A DNA stretch of 64,000 nt from assembly GCA_044892505.1 (NCBI GenBank), contig CM097882.1, positions 270,816,001 through 270,880,000 on the forward strand. Direction: 5' to 3'. The DNA comes from Schmidtea nova. Taxonomy: Eukaryota. The notes below the pieces were generated by a model. The model ran no database searches, had not been told where the DNA came from, and saw nothing but the letters and a program-made list of their open reading frames with translations. A program made the position numbers and the translations under genes. Shown piece by piece: positions 27,202 through 38,538 of this stretch (positions are counted from its first letter, which is position 1; each line of letters opens with the position of its first letter).

Positions 27202-27400
27202 TTATTATCAATAATTCTCATAATGACTATAGATCAAATTTTTTTATAAACAATAACACAATATTTCGGCACAGCCTTTATCAAGCTGTGCCGAAATATT
27301 GTGTTATTGTTTATAAAAAAATTTGATCTATAGTCATTATGAGAATTATTGATAATAATAATAAAAAAAGGTCAAAGGTGAAAAAAGATAATTATGATAA
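27202..27400. repeat. Pseudo-LTR repeat copy 2: perfect 74-bp fold-back
   Basis: 27202-27275 is the exact reverse complement of 27285-27358, with a 9-nt loop CTTTATCAA. The right arm continues into the family tail AAAGGTGAAAAAAGATAATTATGATAA. Confidence 0.9.
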
Positions 27401-28439
27401 TAATATGTAATAATTAAAATAATAATGTTAATTAATAAAATAGTATTAATTATTAAAAATAATTTTAATTAATAATAAAATTTATAAGTAAAATTACAGT
27501 ATTCAAAATGATTAATTCAAAATAAAAATGGGGGAGGGGGAATTGGCCATGTGTTGAATTTAAATTTTTTAACCTTAAATAAACCTAGACCTTTGACTTA
27601 AAGTAAAAAATCATTATAACATGATCGATAACGTCATAAAAAATTTAACATTAAGGATCCTCGATTTTGATTAATGAGTAATTATCGAGAATTACATAAC
27701 AGTCTTGTCAAAACAGGAACACAGGCATTGATAATGGAGTATTTTTTTACTAAAAACCGCTGAAACAACAGCACTACTTGAGAAAGAAAATACAGTGGAA
27801 AATATTTTAGTAACGAAAGTGATGTTCAAGTTTTACATAAACGAATGCGCATTTCTTCAGATAGTGATAGTATTTTAAAAATATAATTTATGTTTTATTT
27901 TGCCATTTTTTATTTCATCAAAATGACTTTTTTATGTTTTGTTAAATTATGATTTTTGTTAAATTTGTATTTTTAATTGTTTTTTAGTTTTCCTGTATAA
28001 ATAATATTCTCATAAACATATCTAATATGTATTTAAATAAAAATGGTGTAAAGCATGTAAAAACCTTCAGTTTGTACACTCCAATAACATTATTTTGGTT
28101 CATTTTACAATTTTAGTTCATTTTACGTCTATCCTTCCGTCCATCACTCCATTTTAATAAATTATAACTAAAACAATTATTACAACTATCGTGCAATTAT
28201 TGTATTTTTTGTTGTAAATTATGGAAAAGGAGTGTAAAATATATGTTAGTTATTCAAAATACCTGATATTGAGGGAAAATATTTTTTATGTATCTAATAC
28301 TTATTAAATTCTAAAGAATGTGATTGATATTTAACGGGATTTTTTAATAAATAGTCTTCAGTGCGCTGCATGTTCGTAAATATACCGCGAATCTTCAATT
28401 CACGAGTTAGTCAAAAGATTATTTGCTAATCTTCTAAGG

Positions 28440-28470
28440 CAGTGCTACTCAAAGTAGTGGTCTGTAGACC
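28440..28470 (+). mobile_element. Orphan hAT-Charlie terminus
   Basis: CAGTGCTACTCAAAGTAGTGGTC resembles a Charlie-type TIR. No partner TIR was found. Confidence 0.5.
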
Positions 28471-29109
28471 ATCAGCTACCATTTCACAGAAAACACTAAG
28501 AAAAAAATCTAGCTACATACCTAAATTTATTACTGTTGGATGATTGAGGAAAACAAATTGAAACATTCATCCTCAACAAATACTACAGGACTGAGGCAAA
28601 CAGTTACCGAAGTCCAGCCCGAAGATTCCCACAATAATAATTAATCTAAATTAATCTGTGCATCAAGCAACCTTTTTGTATGCATTTACCAATCCTCAAT
28701 AACAAGTGATCATCTGTACATAAAACAATTCTATCGAATCAAACCTGCCCCATCAACTATAGTAGTTCTATCATCATGTAAATATAACAATCTCGGCTGT
28801 GTAAATAAAAACAATATCGTGACAATCCTAGTGCTAATTCAATAACTGAGTTTATATATTTATATTATTTATTTTTGTATTTAATTATGTGGTTAGTGAA
28901 TTATATTTTATTCTGTTAATCTTAATTAGATTTATTTTCTAGAGAATTAATTATTGAAAGTAAAAGTAAATAACAGAAGTGCATTATTATGTAAATAGAT
29001 TTCATGTAAACAATAAAACTAAGTAAATAATTAATTCTAACATGGGTTATGGAAATAATTACAATAAGAAAATTAAACAATTATTTAATGTAAACAGTTC
29101 GCCGCGTCC

Positions 29110-29696
29110 AGCTCCGATTGCTTTCCTCATCAAATTCTGTATTTTTACGAATCTTCTTTTCCTCATAGCTTTTAGCTTCCAACTGTTATCCACCGACCGC
29201 AACAACTCGAATACCAGCTACAAATCCACTGGGATCGGTTTTGAATAACAGTGGCTTATCCATCTCCTTATCATAAGAAAATGCGATCATTGAACAGCCT
29301 AGTGGCATCATTTCAGCTGATTGAGTGTACAATTGATTAATATCGGCAGAACATCGACAAATCATGTCACAGGACATTTCGTAACCAATTTTGCATTTAA
29401 ATTGTGCAGCTTCCATTTGTGCACGGCATACTTGCGATCCGCAATCAGAAATCATTCCGGTCCTATCGCAACCGATACTTTCAGTTATGTTAAATAATCT
29501 TGTAGCTGAACTCCTTTCATTCATTTTATCTGGGACTTTTCTTTGTGTAGTATCTACGCCAATCATTACCTCGAACACCAACAGAAAGTAATCCATCTAA
29601 CGCAATCGCTTTAAATGCATATTCGGCTTGAAATAATCTGCCTTCGGGTGAAAAAATAGTCATATAACGATCAAAAACTCTCGAGCCCAAAGACAT
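29110..29696 (-). pseudogene. PSMA6: Intronless 5' fragment of 20S proteasome alpha-6 (alpha1-type) subunit
   Basis: [31 protein letters not shown]...TQRKVPDK...YTQSAEMMPLGC...KTDPSG. One frameshift near 29570, a stop at ~29186, and truncation before the C-terminus. Confidence 0.92.
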
Positions 29697-29889
29697 TTAA
29701 TTTATTAAATTTTCCAATCCAATTTTATTCGAAAAACATTTTTAATTCCTCAATTTACAATGCAATCAGCTTCCAATAAAATCCAATCTAATAATTCAGA
29801 TCTAATAATGCCATTCAGCAATTTTTTTAAATTAAACTTCCGCCAATTAAAATTAAACAGCTCAGTAAAACAAACTAAAATCCAGTCCA

Positions 29890-31037
29890 ATATTTTTAAT
29901 CAATTTATATTTTCATTATCAGAATTATCTGCTGCTCCTGATAGATCAGATTTAAACACGATGCCTTTTTCAGTTCTGTATTGTATATTTTCAGATTTCG
30001 GAGAACTCAGATCAAGATTTCCAATTGGCTCAGAATTAATAGTACAATTAATTCGATTCTAGTCAAGTCAAATACGACTTATGAGTCAGTATCATCTGCT
30101 GTTGGTTCAATCTCATTATTTACACGTATATCTTCATTGGAATCAACATCTGTCAAAGGATAGTCTAATTTCTTTTCTAAATCAACTTCATCACAGGTAA
30201 TTTCGGATGTTTCGTCGACTAAATTAGAAGTATTAGGTGGAACAATTATTTCGTCGACACTGCTATCTTCAGGAGGATGAGATGTGTCTGAGTGGGACTC
30301 TGATGATACGGGTATTTTCCTTCGCAACCTCGATTTTGATGAAAGTGCTGATAAATCCATGTTTATTGTTAAATTATTTTTTTTCTAATTCTCGTATCTT
30401 CCTTCAATTCTGGTAGCCTTGTAAACAGTAAATGAACAATTCGTTCCAGTGTACATTCTGCTGTGTGCCTCAACAACTCGGATAATTGCGCTTCGAAACA
30501 TATTCTGAAGCAGCTCGATATGATCTTGCATACATCATAATCACTGTTTAAATATCCAGCCGGTACATGCATTAGTGTATCAAGAAGTCGTAATATTTTC
30601 ATTAAAATCACCTCATCTGAGCTATGATCAGTTCCAATAAACTTCGTATTAGTAACTGTATTAGCAACTGCTTCAATAGCGATTTGCAGTGCATCATTAT
30701 CACTGGTCATCGAAATATCTATATATCGAAAACTAAGAAATTTCTCCACAGCAGTCAAAGCTAATCCAGCAATCAATCCAATCATTTCATCGGAACTAAT
30801 TACATCTAGAAATGGTGAGAGAAATTCCAGCGGTTTTAGTTCTGATAGATCATTTATCTGAGATAATGTAGATTTAAGGCTCGATAAATTACTGTACAAC
30901 GGATCTGATATTTCTTCTTGATAAGAACGAATTGCGTTGCCTTTCATTCTTCTTTTCATGGCAGTCATTAATAATCTTACTTCTAATTAAACGACATATT
31001 TAGCATTTTTCTTGCTGGTCATTTAGAATAGATATTG
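29890..31037 (-). pseudogene. GBF1: Intronless 5' fragment of GBF1-type Sec7 Arf-GEF (DCB domain plus linker)
   Basis: FLSPFLDVISSD..GLALTAVEKFLS, GTDHSSDEVILMKIL, CFRICFEAQLSELLRHTAE..LFTRLP. The start ATG ACC AGC AAG lies ~16 nt after the SL. A YRTEKGIVF motif near 29960 parallels the YVNPRGVRF motif of metazoan GBF1. Confidence 0.92.
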
Positions 31038-31078
31038 CATATAAGATTTATATAGATTTCGATAAGACCGTCTAACGG
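31038..31078 (-). other. Planarian spliced-leader exon joined to the GBF1 5' end
   Basis: Minus strand reads CCGTTAGACGGTCTTATCGAAATCTATATAAATCTTATATG (41 nt), matching the triclad SL1 as I recall it. It is followed by CAATATC rather than a GT donor. Confidence 0.9.
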
Positions 31079-31229
31079 TCTTAATACTATATAAACTAAT
31101 ACTATATAAAGGGTTCGAAATTTAGTATACACCATATAAAATTATTTTTAACCTTTTCGAGTTGTCAACTAGTCAAAACCAAGATCAGGATACAAAATAA
31201 AACGATCTACACTGTATTTGGTTGACTTC

Positions 31230-31673
31230 AGCCACGTGCTTTTGATTTTCTGAATATCTTTCATAGCATTCAGTGTCAGCTGTCATCTCTGGAATGTCAC
31301 CTCTCAGTGGCAATGAACCGTTTCCTTCCGATTTTATGAAATCTTTCAAGGCCGCAACAAGAATCCAGAAAGATTTTGACTCGCGGTGAATGTCAATACG
31401 ACAAGGATCCTCTAAAAGAGTCCTGACGTTGATTAGAATCTCAGAAAGAAAAACAGTCATTGGAATTGACTTCCTTGCTTCTCCGAAACTCTTTAAATAT
31501 AGGGATAGGGGTAAGTCCTCTTTTGAGGCGCATAATCTTAGATAATCCTCGCGTCTTTTACTGATCATTTTCCTCAGATATGGTCTGTCTTTATACGAAT
31601 TTGGCCATTTTTCGAACTGAGATTGGAATGAAGTGATAGATTTCATCAAATTGTCTTTTTGATTTACGAGCAT
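31230..31673 (-). pseudogene. NAE1: Intronless internal fragment of NEDD8-activating enzyme regulatory subunit (APPBP1)
   Basis: SFWILVAALKDFIKSEGNGSLPLRGDIPEMTADT parallels APPBP1 [33 protein letters not shown]. Both termini are missing. Confidence 0.88.
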
Positions 31674-31679
31674 CGATTT

Positions 31680-32398
31680 CTACTATCAATTTTATCAATA
31701 TCATTGCCTTCAGATCTATCTTCTATATCATCAAGCATAAGTTTGGGGTTGAACAAAATGCTCGTTCGAAACTTATAACAAAGTTTACAAATTGGAGAAT
31801 TTTGAAGTTTTTCTGTAACAGGTGTTCGACCAACATTCAATTTGCGCCAATAATCACTGTCAGATATCGGTGAATTAAATTGTAGCTTTTCTACAATTAC
31901 TGAAGATCGCACTTTATCAGAAATGATTGAATCTCTCGAAGGCAACAGTGAGGTCTTCGGAACTTCTCGGACAAACGAAATGTCTCAAACAAAAGGTTTT
32001 CTGGCAAAATTCTCTTCTGAATTAAATTTTTGACTAGGGGTCCGCCAATTGAGGAATTCTTGGTTAATAGTAAAAAAGTTTTTCTCGTAAACTTCGAAAA
32101 ATAATTTTGGTAGAGTTCTGCTGAGACAGAATTTTTACCAGATGGTTGTAGGAAATTCTGCTGATTATGATTTTGTGGGCGGTATTTATATCGGGAATTG
32201 CCTGCTGTTTTCGTTGATGCATTTAAACAAATTGTTCTAGAAGGAATTTTCGATTTTTCCAAAATTAAATTTAATAATTTTAAACAAAATTAATTTATTA
32301 TTTTTGTAAATTTTTTTATAAAACTTTAAATAATTTATTTTTAATCTAAAATTTTACTTTTAAATTAAAGTTTTTTCTAATTTAGTTTAATTTACTAA
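31680..32398 (-). repeat. AT-rich leader plus broken ORF of an unidentified repeat family (homolog at 55405-55950)
   Basis: AAATTAAACTAAATTAGAAAAAACTTTAATT...TTCTAGAACAATTTGTTTAAAT(G/A)CATCAA is shared with the plus strand at ~55405-55600. Confidence 0.75.
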
Positions 32399-32809
32399 AT
32401 TTTTACGTAAAACCGCTTTCTTTTATATTTTCTGAGTTTTTAGGGTAATAAATCGAAATTTTTGTGAAAATATGTAAATTTTCTAATTTTCTAATTTTAT
32501 TTTCTAATTGCTGTTTTAATGTTATATTTGTGTTTTTATCGTGTATACTTGATGCGCTTTTGTTCAGTATAATTTTAAAACGTATTTTATTTAATTTTTC
32601 AGGTGTTTTGTGGTTACTGTGTTTTATTTGGTGTTTCAACTCATAGCATTTTAAGTTTACTACTTGCGCGCTATCTACATGCTGTGTTACCTCTTCATTT
32701 AAACAAATCTCAGTTTTTGTCCAACACCATATATTTTTGAAATTTTCAATAAACATTAGATTAAAATAATTATTCTTATGTGTTTTTTTCATATATTTGA
32801 AATCCCTTG

Positions 32810-33112
32810 CATCTAGGAACTAAGTGATCACTAAACATAGTTAGTGGGTCACTGTGCAAAAAGAATTTACGCTCACTAGTCTTCACTTAACTTTTCAATG
32901 AGCGGATAAATTCCCTACTCAATCAATTAGTGCATTCGCATAATATCAGAGTACCAAAAAAATATTTCATTAAAGAGAATAATCTATTATTAACTTATAT
33001 TAAGTTCACATGTTGTTTAAAAATCGAGCAGTGTTGATAAAAAAGGATCAGTGAGCATCTATAAATACTTGTTATCGATCATTTATTTTCGTGATCGCTA
33101 AGTTCCTAGATG
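32810..33112. mobile_element. MITE with 22-bp TIRs (303 bp)
   Basis: CATCTAGGAACTAAGTGATCAC versus GTGATCGCTAAGTTCCTAGATG, 20/22 match. No TSD identified. Confidence 0.75.
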
Positions 33113-33430
33113 ATAATATTATTTAAAATGCTAGCTGCTATGTCGAATTTACGTAATTATGAAATAAGACCATATCTATGAAATAAATATATAAATTATT
33201 AAATTGTGCTAATATTAAATCTATTTATTTAATTAAATATTATTAAATTTTAAAATTAAATCTATTCATTATCAACAGAATTTTATTTGATGTCTGCAAG
33301 GAGTTTCAAAACTCCTTTTAAATTAAAAATAATTTAATTAATTAATTTGACTATTAGCATTTTATATATTTTATACTAATATAATATAATATAATAAGAT
33401 ATTAATATAATAAGATATAATATAATAAGA

Positions 33431-33517
33431 TACACACTTGATAAAGGCTGTGCCGAAATATTGTGTTATTGTTTATAAAAAAAAAATTTTTTGATCTAGT
33501 CATTATGAGAATTATTG

Positions 33518-33597
<80 letters not shown>
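33431..33597 (+). ncRNA. Pseudo-LTR repeat copy 3 with minimal hammerhead-like motif (U3-A8 variant), ending in (TA)n
   Basis: ACAC-TTGATAA-A-GGC(TGT)GCC-GAAA-TATT-GTGT at 33434-33466. Stem I ACAC/GTGT, stem II GGC/GCC, palindromic AATATT stem III. Confidence 0.65.
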
Positions 33598-33600
<3 letters not shown>

Positions 33601-33729
33601 TCATTATTATTAGAATTACAAATGTCTCAGTTGTTTAAATATTCAGAGACAAACTTGGGAACTTGAGATAATCGCTTTTATTTAAATTGATGATTATGGA
33701 AGAAGACTTGAATTTAATTGCTTCTAACA

Positions 33730-34450
33730 TAGCGACCACGATCACGAATCTTTTAAAAATAGACTGCTTTCTGAAATTCCCCAAAGACGATAATTTTGAA
33801 GATTTTAACAAAGACTGTCAGATAGGGAAACGAAGACATCTATCGAAATGCAATTAATTTTGTCCACTATCCTTTTGGACAGATCCTTAATGAAAGGTTA
33901 TGAAGCCAGAGAAGGAAAAACGATTGAAGATAAACTTCGTGGACTATTCGGATAGTTCAGAGGACAGATGTGATGAAGCTCAGCACCCAAAAGAACACGC
34001 TTCGACACGAGATACAAAATCAGAGCAATTATATTACAAAAACAGTTATGGATAAATTAGAAAATGTTGAAATAGTAAGGAAAAACAAAAAATTAAGATG
34101 TTAGAATGATAGTAAACTGGAAACAGCGGGAAAGATAGAAATTGAAGTTAGAATTGGTTAAGAAAGGAAACTAACATTTATTGTAGTTACGTTGTTCCAG
34201 ATATAATTGGAGGAGTGGAATTACAAAAACAGTTTGAAATAGAATTTATATATCGAATGAATTTATTTGTGAATTAGAAGTGAGATTTATAAGAAATATT
34301 ACAGAAACCGAAAGACTAAAAAACAATAGAAACTTTAAAATTATATGAGAATAATAAACTGTTAGAAATTGTAAAGAAAAATATAAATGTTTTTATGACC
34401 CATTTACCAAATAATGATCGATTAATTGAGATCCTAAGGAGGAAGGGAGA
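33730..34450 (+). mobile_element. Decayed gypsy PBS-gag-protease
   Basis: LTR-end CA at 33728-29, then PBS-like TAGCGACCACG. Gag (M)ATTITNLLKID..DDNFEDF. Protease tail PDIIGGVELQKQF. Confidence 0.7.
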
Positions 34451-35599
34451 AATATAAATAAAAACTATTAAATAAGTAATTACTCGAACCTCATGCTAGC
34501 AGACCGGAAAACCTAAAATTAAAAATAGAAGCAAAGATAAATAAACAAAAACTTTCCACATATTAGGCGGTAGGTCGAATCTGATTGGTCAAAGCAAGTA
34601 CCAGAATAGTATATATATATATAAAATGTCAAATCAGTAGAAAACATCTTGGTTTTTACCGACATAATTAATTTTACATGTATTAGTATAGTTTTCAGCA
34701 CCAAATTTCAGTATCAACACTTTCATCAGTAACAGCATTTTTCTCAGTTGAAATTGTATCGCGTGGAAAAATAAAGTAATGTTCATTAGAATTTTTTTAT
34801 TTTATTGTTTCGGGTAAACCCTCGTGTTCGTTTTTTACTCGAATTTAAAATTACTATAGAGGTTGCCTTTGTGATGAAAGCCACGAGGTTGAAGCCGTAA
34901 CCGACGTGACAGAGTTATGCGGGAGTGGTGAATGTCACTATAAAATTTAACAGGGTAATTTAACGAGCATTTATTCCATTTATTATTGGGTACAAAATTT
35001 TGTATGTCCCCGGTGATTGCAACATCCAAATATAGAATCTCATGTCAACATGTTGAGATTTAGTTTTCATTAATAAATGTAAATTGTGTCAACAATTTAA
35101 TTCGATACAAATTAATGTTTCACTAATGTATCATCACCTTGAGAAATATTTTTCGCGGTCTGGGACCAAGCACGAAGGGGTAATTACCATCCGAATATAT
35201 GGGAAACACAATAATTACTAATCTGGATGAACACAACTCTAATTTTCATGAGATTCGGGGATAAAGTAAATACATATGCCTCGAATTCACAGACTTACAT
35301 AACCACAAAACAAGGTAGAACGTATCCTCATGATGTAACATTATTTAAACAAGTTCTACGACCCAATAATATAACAGTAATAATGAAGTCAAGTGAAAAT
35401 TCAAACACCGATTACATTGCATCGGAAATCGGTTGCGAAAATAAGCAAATTACGACAAATTTCGATCGATCATGTACAAACGACAATCCGACCAAAGTCC
35501 ATCGGTATCGTAATAGTCAGAAATATTCAATCTACAGTTCGATTAAATACATAATGTAAAGGCAAATCTCCGTTATAATTTTGAACTATTTTAGATATT

Positions 35600-36148
35600 A
35601 TGGATAGCAACTACCCTACCAATATCACTCGTATCAACGAATCCAATCAACTCAATTCCAGTGTTACTCGTCAGCGAAGAAACGCATATAAGAAGCGATT
35701 CGGAAACTTCAAGTACGTTCCCTTGGATGTCCTACAAAAGGTTAACGTCGCATGCGGAAGTGGAGGCGGGAATTCAAATTACGAGCCCCATTCTCCATAT
35801 GGAAAAAATGCCCTAAATGATTATATCATATGACGAGGAGGACCCCAGTGGCCAATCGAGGCCGAAATCGAATATTCGTCCAAATATACAGATTGGTTCG
35901 CTGTCCTAAGAACCATCTATGGACGTCCAAAAAAGATAATTTACTTTGATCACTTACCTAAGGCTGAATTTGACGGACTAGGACTTCTGCTCCTAGTTCC
36001 ACCTCGTCCGCTTCGTCAAAATCAGATGGACGAACTTCAATCACCCGAGGAAGCTAAAAAAATCCCCCTGTCTCACAGGAAATCGGCCGTTCACATTCAT
36101 GACGCTTTCGCGTTCCAAATTTCTTTAAATGCGAATCCGAAAGTGTGA
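35600..36148 (+). other. 182-codon reading frame with one internal TGA, unknown product
   Basis: ORF 35600-35833 continues in frame past TGA as RGGPQWPIEAE...WFAVLR...KIIYFDHLPKAEFDGLGLLLLVPPRP...KV*. Confidence 0.55.
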
Positions 36149-36346
36149 ATACGTACCACGGCTGGTCAAATGGATATCCTGATTGATGATTAAAACGTTT
36201 TAGTTGTTGTAATTTATGTAAATAAAATTTTAGTTAAAATTCGATTTGACAATAAACGAAAGGAAATTTTTGATAGATAAACCAAGTAATGGTCATGTTA
36301 GAAGGAGTTATGATAATTGTTTAGATCATCACTTAAATTACTAGAG

Positions 36347-36661
36347 ATGCAAGATCCCGAGGTGAAGAGAGAAGACTAAATGGTCGTTCATCATCTGGGA
36401 TGGCAGAAGAGATGAAATCTAGTTGCGTGGCTTGCGCAAGTGAAAGATGAGAATTTAGATGCGGTCCGAATTATTCGTTTCCCATACATTCTACAGACCG
36501 AATTCAATGCGATGGGAATAATTTTATTATCTCCACCCTGGCAACCCTGGAGAAGAAAGTTGATATAGACTACCGAGTCCCAAAGTAGTCCGGCTTCGAT
36601 ATTTCTGAACTCCATGAGCAAAAAATCCCAACCAAAAGTCGATCGAGAAATCCTCATTTGA
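36347..36661 (+). other. Decayed paralog of the 35.6-kb frame
   Basis: A single frame with three internal stops reads WLAQVK...RIIRFPYILQTEFNAMGIILLSPPWQPWRR. Confidence 0.5.
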
Positions 36662-36696
36662 TTTCAACATTATTTGACAAGTCAATATGTTTATTA

Positions 36697-37450
36697 TGTG
36701 ACATCTGTATTGAAAAATTACATCTTAGTTTTCCATGTTTGGTTCTATAAAATATTTTACTTTATATTTTATCGTTTATTTATACGTAGATAATAATTAA
36801 ATATTTAACTATAATTGAATCTTATTAATTTATCGGGGATGGTAACATGGACCGGGGGCAACTTACATTTTTCGTCTAAATAAGATAATAAAAAATTGAT
36901 TTTAGAATGACCACCGAATTTAACAGAAATCTGATCAAGTTATGCAAGTGCATAAGCCAAACTAACCGATGAAATGAGGCAGCGATCGATAAATTAAAAC
37001 GGAAAATTATCCTCGTCGAGAAGAACTACTTCTATTCCCAGCAAATAAAGAAACAAATACAAAAGGCCGAACGAGCAAAGAGTCGTGGTTGACGTTCAGT
37101 TAGAATTAGATGCAGTACGATTGGAATTGCGGAACTGTCGTAAAAGTATGACTAAAACCTTTATTGAATCCAACATTCGAGAGCAGATCAGAACATTTAC
37201 CTATGACATGTGAGTTAGCTCGTCAACATCAGTCGAAACCAACTAAACTCCGAGAAAAGCACCTGAAGATATCAGTAGGAAAATAAAACGAAGTCAAATG
37301 GGATCCAAGCAAAAACGTGGAGTATTCTTGTGGCAACTGACCACACAGGTGACCCATCTGGACTCCTTTACCAAGCTTGACTTTTTATTGGAAATAATCC
37401 CGTTTGAAATAAGATTTTATGTTTTCCAGGCTTCATTATAATAACATAAT
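36697..37450 (+). mobile_element. Possible short LTR plus gag-like remnant
   Basis: TGTGACATC...GATGGTAACA (36697-36847), then TGGACC. A broken coiled-coil-like frame follows (MTTEFNRNLIKL...). Confidence 0.35.
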
Positions 37451-38247
37451 AAAACACCATTCCGTCCCGCACATTAGATGGAATAGACCAAAGAGTTGTG
37501 ATGTTCCCAATAAAGAGAGACCGACGATGGGACGTGAAGAGATATGGAGATGGTCTTCTATTGAATAAGTAGAACCCGCAGCAGAGGCAAGCAGGGAGTA
37601 GTCACCTCAGAGGTCGCTTACCTGCAGACTTGATCTACGTCGTGGTGTACAGCACCAACATGAGAATAAAAGGGTTTCATGGGTACACACTCGTAAGGGA
37701 CGTATTTATGAAAACGTCTACGATAAATTCCCCTGAGACAGAAATGAATTGTAAGAAAACATCAAGTGGCACACCAACAAAACAGGGAAAAAATTTGAAT
37801 TATGTTTTATAAATTTTTATCAGTTCATTTTATCGATGGAAGTGGGACCCCTTGGCCCACTATTACTTGGCTATGTAATTGCATGGCACCCTGCTTAGTA
37901 TAAATTGTCGACATAAATTTATTTACGAATTAAGTTAGTAATATTTTATTATTTCTTCTACGCACTTTAATAATTGAAACCACTTTAAATATTATAGCTA
38001 AATTGACAAATGTTAATGTTATTATTCTATTATATAATTATACAACACCTAACAAATCAATTTATTTTTTATGTCGTGGATCATCAATTCTGACCTACAG
38101 AACAATGACCACGATATTTAAACTTCTAAATCATTGCGGGTCAGTGAACAAAAAAATATTTTTACGATAATATTGATCTTGAATTGTATGATCATAGTTG
38201 ACCCGCCAATAGATTTCATCTTTTGGATTTTACTTTTATGCTGGATT

Positions 38248-38405
38248 ATAAACAATAACACAATATTTCGGCACAGCCTTTATCAAGTGTGTATTTAGGC
38301 TGTATTTAGGCTGTGCCGAAATATTGTGTTATTGTTTATAAAAAAATTTTGATCTATAGTCATTATGAGAATTATTGATAATAATAATAAAAAAAGATCA
38401 AAGGT
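38248..38405. repeat. Pseudo-LTR repeat copy 4, fold-back, running into a gap
   Basis: ATAAACAATAACACAATATTTCGGCACAGCCT, then a spacer, then AGGCTGTGCCGAAATATTGTGTTATTGTTTAT and the family tail. Confidence 0.85.
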
Positions 38406-38538
38406 NNNNNNNNNNNNNNNNNNNNNNNNNNNNNNNNNNNNNNNNNNNNNNNNNNNNNNNNNNNNNNNNNNNNNNNNNNNNNNNNNNNNNNNNNNNNNNN
38501 NNNNNNNNNNNNNNNNNNNNNNNNNNNNNNNNNNNNNN

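Noticed and set aside
28590-28635. Hsp70/Hsp110-like VGIFGLDFGN motif on the minus strand
   Set aside because: Only a few residues match, the frame is closed by stops on both sides, and the downstream ATPase motifs are absent.
31038-31078. SL RNA gene
   Set aside because: The leader is not followed by a GT donor or Sm-site intron portion. It runs straight into the GBF1 5' UTR, so it is a trans-spliced mRNA copy.
29110-31673. Functional compact operon of PSMA6, GBF1 and NAE1
   Set aside because: All three are truncated and carry stops or frameshifts, and the SL is already joined in the DNA.
35880-36010. Integrase or Tc1 DDE assignment for the 35.6-kb frame (YGRPKKIIYFD; LLLVPP)
   Set aside because: The catalytic D-N/D-G context is missing, and the paralog at 36.4 kb conserves different positions.
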